This document shows positions 46,084 to 55,648 of a stretch of 64,000 bases of DNA, one piece after another (the stretch's first letter is position 1; every line of letters begins with the position of its first letter). The stretch spans positions 64,001-128,000 of the forward strand of contig CAVUQH010000004.1 of assembly GCA_963743525.1 (NCBI GenBank), given 5' to 3'. The notes under the pieces were generated by a model. The model was not told the origin of the DNA. It did not search any database and saw nothing but the letters and a program-made list of their open reading frames with translations. The translations under genes and the position numbers were made by a program. This stretch comes from an uncultured delta proteobacterium (GTDB taxonomy: Bacteria > Myxococcota_A > Polyangia > Haliangiales > Haliangiaceae).

Positions 46084-47019
46084 CTACTGCTCGACCAGGA
46101 TGAAGTTGCCTTTCACGCCGTTGCGCGAGTCCTCGTAGACGTTCACCACCGAGCCGAACAGCATGGTCTTGCCGCCCACGGTGGTGCCGATGCCGACGAT
46201 CGCGGTCTCGTCGCCACTGATTGGATCGACCTCGAAGATGCCGGGCAGCTGCGACGGGCCGCCCGCGTAGGAGCCATCGACCACGATCTGGTTGCTGGCG
46301 TAGCTCTCCAGCGGCTCGAGCATCGACTCGTTCAGCGACGGCGAGTGGGCGCCGTCGCTGATGTAGGCGGGAGTCGCCGGGGTGATGTCCCCGGTGTCGG
46401 ACAGCTTCAGCGAGGTGACCACCGCCCGGCCGTTGGCCGCGGCGCCGGTGGTCAGGCGGATGTACTCGGGCGCCCGGTCATCGGGGAAGGCGATGCCGCC
46501 CCAGGTCTTGTCGGCGAAATCGTCGATGGTCGCCGCGTTGGCCGCGTCGATCGCCAGCATGCCGCCCTGCCCCTCCGGCTTGTCCAGCACCAGGTGGCCG
46601 GATGCGGTGACCATGACCCGGACCTTGTCGTCCCCGGCATCGACGACCAGGTCGCGGACGCCATCGGTGCAGGCACCGGCGGTGAGCGACACCAGGCCGG
46701 CCGGGTCGTGGGTCTGATAGCGAAGCTGGTTGTCCGGATCGTCGGAGAAGCCGAAGTCCATGTGATGCACGTCGGTGAAGTCGGCGTCGGTGCGGAACAG
46801 GCCGAACGCCTCGCTCTGGCCCAGCCCGACATTGACGTAGGTGTAGTCGTCGGTGCCGATGTCCTGGCAGTCGCCGGCGGCGAAGCCGGCATGCAGTTGC
46901 TCGCCCTGGTACTCGGCGACCAGCGCCATGCCCGGGACCTCGAAGATGCTCGGTGCCGCAGCCGATGCTCGAGCCGAGCATCGCCGCCGCGATGCCGAGC
47001 TTTCGAATGAAACGTACAT
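46084..47019 (-). CDS. Hypothetical beta-rich protein, probably a lipoprotein with a disrupted N-terminus
   Basis: GAGGGGG RBS before ATG 47019; coding-like from IFEVPGMALV onward. A lipoprotein signal (RFIRKLGIAAAMLGSSIGC) lies in another frame at the 5' end. Confidence 0.6.
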   Translation of the reverse strand: MYVSFESSASRRRCSARASAAAPSIFEVPGMALVAEYQGEQLHAGFAAGDCQDIGTDDYTYVNVGLGQSEAFGLFRTDADFTDVHHMDFGFSDDPDNQLRYQTHDPAGLVSLTAGACTDGVRDLVVDAGDDKVRVMVTASGHLVLDKPEGQGGMLAIDAANAATIDDFADKTWGGIAFPDDRAPEYIRLTTGAAANGRAVVTSLKLSDTGDITPATPAYISDGAHSPSLNESMLEPLESYASNQIVVDGSYAGGPSQLPGIFEVDPISGDETAIVGIGTTVGGKTMLFGSVVNVYEDSRNGVKGNFILVEQ

Positions 47020-47120
47020 GAGTCCCCCTCGGGTGATGTGCAGATGGCGAGCGCCGTCGCAGCGCCGCTTCGAGGAGGCAGAGACGCCCGCGAGGAGTTG
47101 TGATCGCGAAGATTCCCCGA

Positions 47121-48521
47121 TCAACGCGGCGTGACGGTCACGGTCAGCGGATCGGTCGCCGGCAGCTCGGTCAGCCGCACCTCGCCGGCGGTCACGTCGG
47201 CGGTGCAGCCGCCGCAGTTGACGTCGGCGCCGTTCGGGTAGAGGCGCGGCGGCAGGGCAATGACAGTCGGCGCGGTGATGCGCCGGTCGGGATGAAGGAT
47301 GAGCGAGAAGCTGCTGCTGGGGTCGTCGAAGCTCCACGACACCGGATCGCCGGCGACCCGCGTCGGGTACGGGCGCACGACCGAGACCATCAGCGCGGCG
47401 TTCTCGCTGCCGTCGGCCTGCAGGATCGAGTACGAGCCGCCCTTGTCGTAGCTCCACAACATGTTGCCGGCGGCGACCGCGCCGGCGCCGTCGTAGGCGG
47501 CGTCCATGTACGCCTCGATGCCGTCGCCATAGCCGCCGTATTCACCGATCCACAGCGCGGCGTCGATGCCGCGGGCCTCGCCGGCGAGGAGGTCGACGTT
47601 GCCGAGGTAGGCCTCGCGCCGATCGGACGAGAAGCCCATCCCCTGCTCGGCGCCGGTGTCGTAGGCGTGCGGCGCGTAGACGACGTCGGGCAGATCGAAG
47701 CCGTGCAGGTTGGTCAGCACGCCCAGGTTGCGCGAGCTGGCCGGCTCGAGAAAGGCGACCCAGCCGGGCGCGCTGGCCCGCACCGCGGCGACCACCTGCT
47801 CGTAGAACGGCTGCAGCAGGTCGGGCTCGAACTCCTGCACGCTGTAGGAGCCCCAGAACGGCTCGTTGAGGGCGTCGAAACCGATGACCGCCGGCTGGTC
47901 GGCCAGTCGCGCGGCCACGTGCCCCCACGCCGCGACCAGCTTCTCGCGCGTGGCGTCGTCCATCCATAGATGGTCGTAGCAGGCGATGACCTCGTCGCTG
48001 GCGTAGTTGAGGAACCACGACGTCGCCGGCACGAACGCGTCGTAGTACGACTGGTCGCAGCTCCACATCGGCGCGCCGTTGCCGCCGCCGCTGGCGAACC
48101 CCTCGCCGTAGACGTCCTGGTGCATGTCGAGCACCACCAGCAACCCGGCGTCTTTGGCCCACTGCATGCGCATGGCCACGGCGTCGAGATAGCTGTCGTC
48201 GAACGCGCCGTCGCTGGGCTCGACGGCCGCCCAGCTGATGAGGAAGCGCACGGCGTCGAAGCCCCAGTCGTCGCGCATGCGGGCGAAGTCGGCCGGTTGA
48301 TGAAACGAAAAATAGGGCGCCACCTTGTGCGCGCCCGCCAGGTTGGCGCCGCGCAGGATCAGCGCCCGGCCATCGGCGTCGCGCAAGAAACCACCGCACA
48401 CATGGTAGCCGCCCGTGCACAGCGCCGGCGCGGCGTCCGGGCCGGCGGCGCGGTTGTCACCGCAACCGATCACCAGGACCGACAGCAGCGCCAGCAGACG
48501 GGCCCGGGCGCCGCGGGTCAA
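47121..48521 (-). CDS. GH5 glycoside hydrolase lipoprotein (endoglycoceramidase-like)
   Basis: Lipobox LVIGC; GRALILRGAN, RFLISWAAVEP, VLDMHQD, catalytic LNEP and IGEYG, C-terminal VRPYPTRVAGDP domain. TTG start overlaps the upstream stop. Confidence 0.9.
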   Translation of the reverse strand: MTRGARARLLALLSVLVIGCGDNRAAGPDAAPALCTGGYHVCGGFLRDADGRALILRGANLAGAHKVAPYFSFHQPADFARMRDDWGFDAVRFLISWAAVEPSDGAFDDSYLDAVAMRMQWAKDAGLLVVLDMHQDVYGEGFASGGGNGAPMWSCDQSYYDAFVPATSWFLNYASDEVIACYDHLWMDDATREKLVAAWGHVAARLADQPAVIGFDALNEPFWGSYSVQEFEPDLLQPFYEQVVAAVRASAPGWVAFLEPASSRNLGVLTNLHGFDLPDVVYAPHAYDTGAEQGMGFSSDRREAYLGNVDLLAGEARGIDAALWIGEYGGYGDGIEAYMDAAYDGAGAVAAGNMLWSYDKGGSYSILQADGSENAALMVSVVRPYPTRVAGDPVSWSFDDPSSSFSLILHPDRRITAPTVIALPPRLYPNGADVNCGGCTADVTAGEVRLTELPATDPLTVTVTPR

Positions 48522-48724
48522 CCGCCGACGCCGCGCGACGCCCGCTCGACGTCGATCAACGCGCCCTCGATGGCGCTCTCGGCGTCGCGACATTTCTCCT
48601 GCGCCCGGCGAAGATCGCCGACGCTGGGCGCCGGTTGCAGCCGCAGGTGAGCCAGCGAACGCAGCGCCGCCGCCAGCGCTCGCTCGGCGGACGCAAGTCG
48701 GTCTTGCTGCTCGTCGCGCGACAT
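48518..48724 (-). CDS. Small helical hypothetical protein
   Basis: 68 aa; AAGGTGG upstream; stop overlaps the GH5 start. Confidence 0.55.
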   Translation of the reverse strand: MSRDEQQDRLASAERALAAALRSLAHLRLQPAPSVGDLRRAQEKCRDAESAIEGALIDVERASRGVGG

Positions 48725-48947
48725 GGTCCCACCACCTTTTTACTTCGGGAGCGCTCAACAGATCTCCAAAAAAGACCGGCGCCGCCCCAGCAATTTCAAC
48801 CCTGTACCGCGGTATGGCCGCGTTGCCGGCGTCGGATTGGGACGAGATCTTCTCATAGGCACAGACGATGTAAGAACCAACGCATGATCCGACGCGCTAG
48901 TGTGTGCCGCACCAGGGCCATTTCCCCCGCCCTGTCAGAGCTGCGAG

Positions 48948-51900
48948 ATGACAACACAGTCACCCCGAGCCCGGGCAGAGCCCAACGCCTGGTCGGCACC
49001 CGTCTTCCCCCAACCGGTCAGCGGTTTCGCCGGCAGGCGCGCCGAAATCGATCGGGCGCTGCGCCACGTCGATCGCGACAATCTGTTCTTCATCTACGGC
49101 GTGGCCGGGATCGGCAAGACCGAGCTGGCCTACCAGCTGATTCGCGAGATCGGCACGCGCCCCGGGTGGGCCGAGGCGACCCCGCTCCAGGTTGACGCCA
49201 GGCCGGGACTCACCGCGCCGCGGATCCTGGCGCAGCTGCTGGCTGCGGTCGGATCGTCGCCGGTGCCGCGGCGGGGCCAGCCGACCGAGCAGGCCCATCT
49301 CACCGAGCAGCTCGAGCGCCTGGCCCGCGCGCTGGACGAACGGCCGCACTTGCTGTTCATCGACGACGTCCACAACTTGCCGCACGATCCCGTCGCCGAG
49401 GCGCTGGGATACCTGTCGCGACGGGTGCGCAACAGCCGGCTGGTGGTCGCATCGCGCCGCGAGATCCTCCTGCCGCCGGATGCCCCGCCGCCGGTGATCA
49501 CCACGCTCGGACCGCTGCAGGCGGCCGACGCCGAGGCGATGATGACGGCGCTGGCCGACCGCATGCAGGTGCCCCGCCCGGAGCCGGCGTCGATGCTGCG
49601 GTCGACCCACGGCAGCCCGTTCCACATTCACGCCATGCTCGTGCGCCGCGCCTCCGACAGCGGCGCGCTCGAGTCCTCCCTGGCCGAGCTGACGCCGCAC
49701 GCCCGCCGCTTGCTGATGGCTGCGGCGACGGCGCAACACCGGCCGTCGGTCGCCCAGCTGCGCGTGCTCGCACCGGGTGACCAACCGGTCGACGAGGCGC
49801 TTCGCGATCTGGAGCAGCAGTTTCTGATCGAGCGCAAGCAGGGGCAGGTGATCGTCCACGACCTGATCCGCGAGGCGCTGCTGGGACAGAGCGCCGACGA
49901 CGAGCGCGCCGCCGCCCACCGCGACGCCGCGGCGCTGTGTCTGGCCGAGCTCGCCGAGCGCAGCGACCCGCCACTGTTCCTGGCCGTCGACGCGGTCAAT
50001 CACTACATCGCCGCAGGCGCTCCCGCCGATGCGTGGGCGCTGGTCGAGCGCTGGCAATCGCAGCTGGCCGCCGCCGGCAGCGAGCACCTGTTGCTCGAGC
50101 CGCTGGAGCAGCTGCGCGCCGCCCTGCCCGCCCGGCGCATTCCCATCGATCTATTGATCGCCCGCTGCCTGGTGCGGGCGTCGCTGTTCGAGGAGGCCGG
50201 GCAGGTGCTGGCCCGCGTCGGCGACGACCGCAGCCCGGCCGAGGACACCCGCTACTGCGTGCTCGCAGGAGAGCTGGCGCAGCAGGCCGGCCAGGTCGAG
50301 TGCGCGATGGATCTGTTCGAGCGGGCCGCCGAGCGCGCGCCCGATGCCGACGCCCGCTTCCAGGCGCAGCTGCGCCGCAGCATCCTCGCGGTCTTCTACG
50401 AGGGCGGCGCCCGCGGCCGCGAGCTCCTGGCCGGGGCGCTGGACGAGCTGCCGACGCCCAGCCCGCGGCAGCTCGCGCGCGCCGGCTGGGCGCGGACGAT
50501 GAGCTGGATGGTCGACGAGCGGTACGAGCGCGCCGGCCGCGAAGCCAACGAGACCCGCCGCGAGCTGCCGGCCAGCGGGCTCGAGGACCTGGGCAGTCAG
50601 CTGGCCATGCTCGAGACGCTGGCGTTCATCGAGTGCCAGCAGATGGATCGCGCGCGGGTTGCGGCAGCGCGCATCGACGAGAGCGGACTGCGCCAGCGCG
50701 CGGCGGCGATGTGCCGCGCGATCGTCAACTTCGCCGACGGCAACGCGCGCGACGCCAGCCGCGAGCTGGTCGAGACCCACGACTACATGCGCTCCCACGG
50801 CGACGCCGGCGTCGCCTACGTCGCCGGCTACTACGGCAGCCAGGCGCTGGCCGAGATCGGCAGCCTGTGCGAGGCCCAGGTGCTGGCCGAGAGCGCCTCG
50901 CAGATGGCCAGGCGCGCGGGGCTGCACGGCCCGGCGGCCCGATCGATCGCCCAGCAGGCGCTGTTCGCCGCCGAGGCGGTGCAAAACGCCACCGCCCACC
51001 GCCTGGCCGACGAGGCGCTGGCCAGCCCCAACCTGGGAACGCGGTCGCGGGCCAACGCCCACCTGGCCCACGCGCACGCCTATACGATCGGTGGCGACAT
51101 CACCCGGGGGCTGCAGCACATCGCCCACGCGCGCGCCGCCGTCGCCGACCCGGAGCTGACCATCGCCCACGCCGCCATCGACATCGAGCACGCGGCCATC
51201 GATCTGGTCGCCGGCAACCTCGACGGCGCCGTCAACCGGGCCGAGCGCGCGTGCGACCAGTTCCAGGCGCGCTCGCGCGACTTCGAGATCGCCCGCGGGC
51301 GACTGGTGCTGGCCGCCGCGTACATCGCCCGCGGCCGGCGCACCGATCTGGTGCTGGCCGAGCAGTCCCAGGCCAAGGCGCAAGAGCTGGCCAACCGCGG
51401 CCGCATGCAGGCGATCCAGGTCGGCTGCGCGATCCTGTCGGCGGCCCTGGCGCGGCGGAGCAATCGCGACCGCGCCGCCCGCGAGCTGCTCGAAGACGCG
51501 CTCCGAGTGCTGGGCCCGGAGCGCGGCAGCCTGTACGCCAACGTGCTGTTGGCCGCCATCGACGGCGGCGCCATCGCTCGGGCGGCGCCCGGCGCGGTCG
51601 CCCTGCTCGCCCACCTCGGCTTCAGCGAGACCGTCAACTGCTACCTGGTCGATCAACACGGCCGGCGCGCCGCTACCGACGGCGACGTGGCCCGCGAGCG
51701 CGAGCTGCGCGAGCTGTTCGTCGACGAAATTCGCTCGGTCATCGTCGCCCGCCGCGGCGAGCTGGAGATCGGCGGCCGCAGCATGCTGTGCGGCCTATTG
51801 TCGGCGCTGGTTCAGGCCCGCGGCGAGCCGATCGCGGCCGAGACACTGTACAAGCGCGTCTGGGGCGTGCCCGAGTACCATCCGCTGCAGCACCGCAACG

Positions 51901-52076
51901 CGCTGTACGTGGCGCTCAACCGCCTGCGCGGATGTTTGAAAGAGGCGTTCCCCGACCGCGATCTGATCCAGCGGACCAAGCCCGGCTGGCGCCTGGCCGA
52001 AGGCATCGACGCCTGCGTCGCCGTCGCCGTGCACGAGCCGGCGGGCGTCGGCCACGACGCAGCTAACAACAGATGA
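48948..52076 (+). CDS. STAND/AAA ATPase - TPR - winged-helix transcriptional regulator (MalT/AfsR-like logic)
   Basis: FAGRRAE, Walker A YGVAGIGKT, Walker B LFIDDVH, VVASR, GSPF, VHDLIRE; C-terminal LYKRVWG..LYVALNRLR..GWRL. Confidence 0.88.
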   Translation: MTTQSPRARAEPNAWSAPVFPQPVSGFAGRRAEIDRALRHVDRDNLFFIYGVAGIGKTELAYQLIREIGTRPGWAEATPLQVDARPGLTAPRILAQLLAAVGSSPVPRRGQPTEQAHLTEQLERLARALDERPHLLFIDDVHNLPHDPVAEALGYLSRRVRNSRLVVASRREILLPPDAPPPVITTLGPLQAADAEAMMTALADRMQVPRPEPASMLRSTHGSPFHIHAMLVRRASDSGALESSLAELTPHARRLLMAAATAQHRPSVAQLRVLAPGDQPVDEALRDLEQQFLIERKQGQVIVHDLIREALLGQSADDERAAAHRDAAALCLAELAERSDPPLFLAVDAVNHYIAAGAPADAWALVERWQSQLAAAGSEHLLLEPLEQLRAALPARRIPIDLLIARCLVRASLFEEAGQVLARVGDDRSPAEDTRYCVLAGELAQQAGQVECAMDLFERAAERAPDADARFQAQLRRSILAVFYEGGARGRELLAGALDELPTPSPRQLARAGWARTMSWMVDERYERAGREANETRRELPASGLEDLGSQLAMLETLAFIECQQMDRARVAAARIDESGLRQRAAAMCRAIVNFADGNARDASRELVETHDYMRSHGDAGVAYVAGYYGSQALAEIGSLCEAQVLAESASQMARRAGLHGPAARSIAQQALFAAEAVQNATAHRLADEALASPNLGTRSRANAHLAHAHAYTIGGDITRGLQHIAHARAAVADPELTIAHAAIDIEHAAIDLVAGNLDGAVNRAERACDQFQARSRDFEIARGRLVLAAAYIARGRRTDLVLAEQSQAKAQELANRGRMQAIQVGCAILSAALARRSNRDRAARELLEDALRVLGPERGSLYANVLLAAIDGGAIARAAPGAVALLAHLGFSETVNCYLVDQHGRRAATDGDVARERELRELFVDEIRSVIVARRGELEIGGRSMLCGLLSALVQARGEPIAAETLYKRVWGVPEYHPLQHRNALYVALNRLRGCLKEAFPDRDLIQRTKPGWRLAEGIDACVAVAVHEPAGVGHDAANNR

Positions 52077-52132
52077 AGTAAGAAATCACAGAGGTCGGAC
52101 CGGCTACGTTGCCCGGCGAGGGAGCGTGATCC

Positions 52133-53458
52133 ATGCCGGAGGCTCTACCCACCCCGTTCGACGCCGCAGGCGCGGCCGAGCCGGGCAGGCTCGGTCCGTA
52201 CGAGCTGTACGAGCGGCTGGGCACGGGCGGACACGCCTGCGTCTACCGCGCCCGCCGCGGCGGCGACCCCGACGCCGCCGACGTCGCCATCAAGCGACTG
52301 CACCCGCACCTGACCGGCGACCACGAGGCGGTGCAGGGCTTCGGCCGCGAAGCGCGCATCGCCTACCTGCTCGACCACCCGGCCATCCGCCGCATCTTCT
52401 CGCTCTGCCGCGAGCCGGGAGAGCTGTTCATGGTCATGGAGTACGTCGACGGCTCGCCGCTGAGCCGGGTCCTCGATCGCGCCATCGACGCGCAGACGCG
52501 GCTGCCGGTGGACGGCATCCTGGCGGTGCTGTGCCGGCTGTGCGACGCGCTCCACTACGCCCACGACGTGGTCGACGAGTACGGCGTGCCCACCGGCTTC
52601 GTCCACCGCGACATCTCACCGTCGAACGTGATCGTCTGCGCCGGCGGCGCGCTCAAGCTGATCGATCTGGGTGTGGCGCGCACCCTGGCCCCCGAGCTGG
52701 TGACCAACTCCGGCCTGATCAAGGGCAAGTTCGGCTACATGGCTCCCGAGGTGATGCGCAGCGGGCCGTTCGACCGCCGCGCCGACGTCTTTTCCGCCGG
52801 CGTCCTCGCCTGGGAGCTCTTGACCATGCGCCGGCTGTTTCCCGTGCGCAACGCCGCTGCCGATCTGCTGCGCGTGCGCGCGCGCCGCATCCCGCCGCCG
52901 TCGCGCTACAACCCCACCTGCCCGGCAGCGCTGGATGCCATCGTCCTGCGGGCGCTGGCGACGCGCCCGGCCGATCGGTGGGCCAGCTGCGCCACGCTGG
53001 CGACCGCGCTGCGCGGCGTCGCGGCGCGGATGGGCGAGCCGCTCACCGATCGCGCCATCGCGCGGCTGGCGCGCACCGTCGGGCTCCGCCAGCGGGTCCG
53101 TCCCCCGCGCCGCGCCGCCGACGACCAGCCGCCGCTCATCGCCCATCCCATCGCCACGCTGCCGCCGCCGGTGGTCGCGCCGCGTCGCTGTCGCCGCTCG
53201 GCAGCGCTCGGCGCGCTGGGTGGATCGATCGCGACCCTGGCGGTGGCCACGCTGGTGAGCTCGGTGTTGTTCGCGTCGGCGCCGCCGATCGCCACCGCGC
53301 GACCGCTGCCGGCACCATCGGCGCCGCCGCCCGTCGCCTGCCCCGACGCCGGCGCCGGCTCGACGAGCGAAGCCGGGGCGCCCGACGCCGAACGGGCTCG
53401 CCCCGGGATCGCGGACCAGCGCTGCCCCCGCGATGCCCGGCCGGCGGCCAGCGATTGA
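52133..53458 (+). CDS. Ser/Thr protein kinase with C-terminal TM segment
   Basis: LGTGG, VAIKRL, HRDISPSN, DLG, GKFGYMAPE, DVFSAG. Confidence 0.88.
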   Translation: MPEALPTPFDAAGAAEPGRLGPYELYERLGTGGHACVYRARRGGDPDAADVAIKRLHPHLTGDHEAVQGFGREARIAYLLDHPAIRRIFSLCREPGELFMVMEYVDGSPLSRVLDRAIDAQTRLPVDGILAVLCRLCDALHYAHDVVDEYGVPTGFVHRDISPSNVIVCAGGALKLIDLGVARTLAPELVTNSGLIKGKFGYMAPEVMRSGPFDRRADVFSAGVLAWELLTMRRLFPVRNAAADLLRVRARRIPPPSRYNPTCPAALDAIVLRALATRPADRWASCATLATALRGVAARMGEPLTDRAIARLARTVGLRQRVRPPRRAADDQPPLIAHPIATLPPPVVAPRRCRRSAALGALGGSIATLAVATLVSSVLFASAPPIATARPLPAPSAPPPVACPDAGAGSTSEAGAPDAERARPGIADQRCPRDARPAASD

Positions 53459-53641
53459 ACACCAACGCGGCCGCGCAGAGCAGAGCGAACGAAGCCCCGA
53501 CCCGATCGAAACCGACCAGTGTGGCCACCGCCAGCGCCACCGCGATGACACCGGGCCAGGCATCGGCGGGGTTCCGATGCCGCCCCCACCCATTGCAAAC
53601 AAAGCTCTCGGCGATTCGGGCCGGCGGGTTACACTGAGGAG

Positions 53642-54946
53642 ATGGACGAGCTGACCCGTGTGCTGTCGATTCCGACACCGCGCCGGTTCAGCCTCCGCTT
53701 CCCCGACCGCGACCTGGAAGCGGCGTTCCGCAGCCGCTTCGCCGCCGAGGCCGTGCCCCGCTATCGCTTCCTCATCGCGGTGGTGACCATCATCTGGGTC
53801 ACGTTCGGGCTGCTCGACCACACCATCATTCAAGGCGATGGGCTGGTGACCGTCCGCATCCTGCGCTTTGCCGTCGTCCTGCCCATCTTGCTCATCGGCC
53901 AGGCGTTGCCGTTCGCATCCGCGCGGTTCTTCGAGCGCTACTGGCAGCTGGCGCTGGCCATTGGCTTTCTGTCGATCGCGTCGACGATGGTCGTCTACGC
54001 CGCCCTGGTCGATCCGTCGATGGTGCCGGGAGGAACCGCCGGCATCGCGCTGGTGCTGGTCGGCGGCTACACGCTGGTGATGATGCGCTTCGTCTACGCA
54101 CTGGCGGTAGGCGTGATCATCACCGTCGGCATCGCCGCGCTGCACGCGCACTGGAGCGGCGCCGGGGCCGTGACCACGTCGATCGTCCGCGACGGCATGA
54201 TCTGGGTCTACCTGGCCAACATCATCGGCATCTTCTCCTGCCGCGAGCTGGAGATGTTCCGCCGGACCAAGTTCGTCCAGGGCATGCAGATCGAGCGCGA
54301 GCAGCAGCGGGCCGAGGCGCTGCTGCGCAACACCCTGCCCGCCAGCGTGGTCGAGCGACTCAAGAGCGGCGAGCCGCGCATCGTCAACAGCTTCGACGAG
54401 GTCACGGTGCTGTTCGGCGATCTGGTCGACTTCACTCGCCTGACCGGCAAGCTGTCGCCGCACGAGCTCGTCGAGCTGCTCAACGAGCTGTACAGCGCGT
54501 TCGACGACCTGGCCGAACGACACGGTCTGGAGAAGATCAAGACCGTCGGCGACGCCTACATGGTGGTCGGCGGCGTGCCCCTGCCCCGCTCCGACCACGC
54601 CCAGGCAGTGGCGCAGATGGCGCTGGAGATGCTCGCCGTGGTCTCGCAGCTGCGCGGGCAATGGCCCGATCTGCAGATCCGCATCGGCATCCACTCCGGC
54701 CCGGTCGTGGGCGGCGTCATCGGCACGCACAAGCTGAGCTACGACGTCTGGGGCGACACGGTCAACATCGCCAGCCGGCTGCAGCAAGAGGGCGTACCTG
54801 GCTCGATCCACGTCTCGGTGCGCACCCGCGCGCTGCTCGCCCAGCAGTTCGACTTCCGCTCGCGAGGCAACACCAACCTCAAGGGCAAGGGGCCGATGCC
54901 GACCTACACCCTTCGCTACCGCCCGTCCGCGCGCGCGCAGGGCTGA
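53642..54946 (+). CDS. Six-TM class III adenylate cyclase
   Basis: Hydrophobic N-terminal half; LLRNTLP; FGDLVDFT, EKIKTVGDAYM (Lys), YDVWGDTVNIASRL (Asp, Asn, Arg), i.e. ATP-type residues. Confidence 0.92.
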   Translation: MDELTRVLSIPTPRRFSLRFPDRDLEAAFRSRFAAEAVPRYRFLIAVVTIIWVTFGLLDHTIIQGDGLVTVRILRFAVVLPILLIGQALPFASARFFERYWQLALAIGFLSIASTMVVYAALVDPSMVPGGTAGIALVLVGGYTLVMMRFVYALAVGVIITVGIAALHAHWSGAGAVTTSIVRDGMIWVYLANIIGIFSCRELEMFRRTKFVQGMQIEREQQRAEALLRNTLPASVVERLKSGEPRIVNSFDEVTVLFGDLVDFTRLTGKLSPHELVELLNELYSAFDDLAERHGLEKIKTVGDAYMVVGGVPLPRSDHAQAVAQMALEMLAVVSQLRGQWPDLQIRIGIHSGPVVGGVIGTHKLSYDVWGDTVNIASRLQQEGVPGSIHVSVRTRALLAQQFDFRSRGNTNLKGKGPMPTYTLRYRPSARAQG

Positions 54947-54961
54947 GCGGCCGCGACCGAA

Positions 54962-55531
54962 CTACGGCGGGCTCCACGGCTGGCCGGTCTCGCAGTCAAC
55001 GTGCGCCAGGCGCACGCCGCCCGGTCCGATATCCAACGTGCCAAAGACGATGGGCAGATGAAAACGGCGCGGGCCGATCGAGCCGGGGTTGAACACGGTG
55101 AGCCCGCGGTCGCTGCCGATGAACGGCACGTGCGAGTGGCCGCAGACCACCAGCGACGCCTCGCGCGCCCGCGCCCGCTTGCCCACGTCGGCGCGCAGCT
55201 TGGCGCCGTACAGCGCGATGTGCGTGAGCAGCAGGCGCAGCTTGCGCTCGGCCCCGAGCAGGTCGAGCACCAGCACGTCGGGCAACTCCGCGGCGCGCAC
55301 GTCGATGTTGCCGCGCACGGCGAACACCGGCGCGAACTGGGCCAGCCGATCCAGCACCGCCAGGTCGCCGATGTCTCCCGCGTGAAGGATCGCATCCGGC
55401 GCCAGCGCCGCCAGGTGCTCGGCGATCGCCGCGTGCGGTCGCGAGTGCGTGTCGGCGATCACGGCGATGCGCGTGTCGCCGTCCTGGCGAAGCGGCAAAG
55501 ACGCCGACTTCTCGATCACCGGTGGCCTCAT
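54962..55531 (-). CDS. Metallophosphoesterase (YfcE/MJ0936 family)
   Basis: ADTH, HAGD, VRGNID, LTH, GHSH, NPGS motifs. Confidence 0.92.
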   Translation of the reverse strand: MRPPVIEKSASLPLRQDGDTRIAVIADTHSRPHAAIAEHLAALAPDAILHAGDIGDLAVLDRLAQFAPVFAVRGNIDVRAAELPDVLVLDLLGAERKLRLLLTHIALYGAKLRADVGKRARAREASLVVCGHSHVPFIGSDRGLTVFNPGSIGPRRFHLPIVFGTLDIGPGGVRLAHVDCETGQPWSPP

Positions 55532-55648
55532 CTCGTGAGTGTACCTTGACGCCCTGAGATGCTGTGCTCAGGTCGTCGGAATCGCGACGCGCAAACGACC
55601 GCCGGCAGATCCACGAGCTGCTGCACGGCAAACCCGAGTAGGCGCGAA

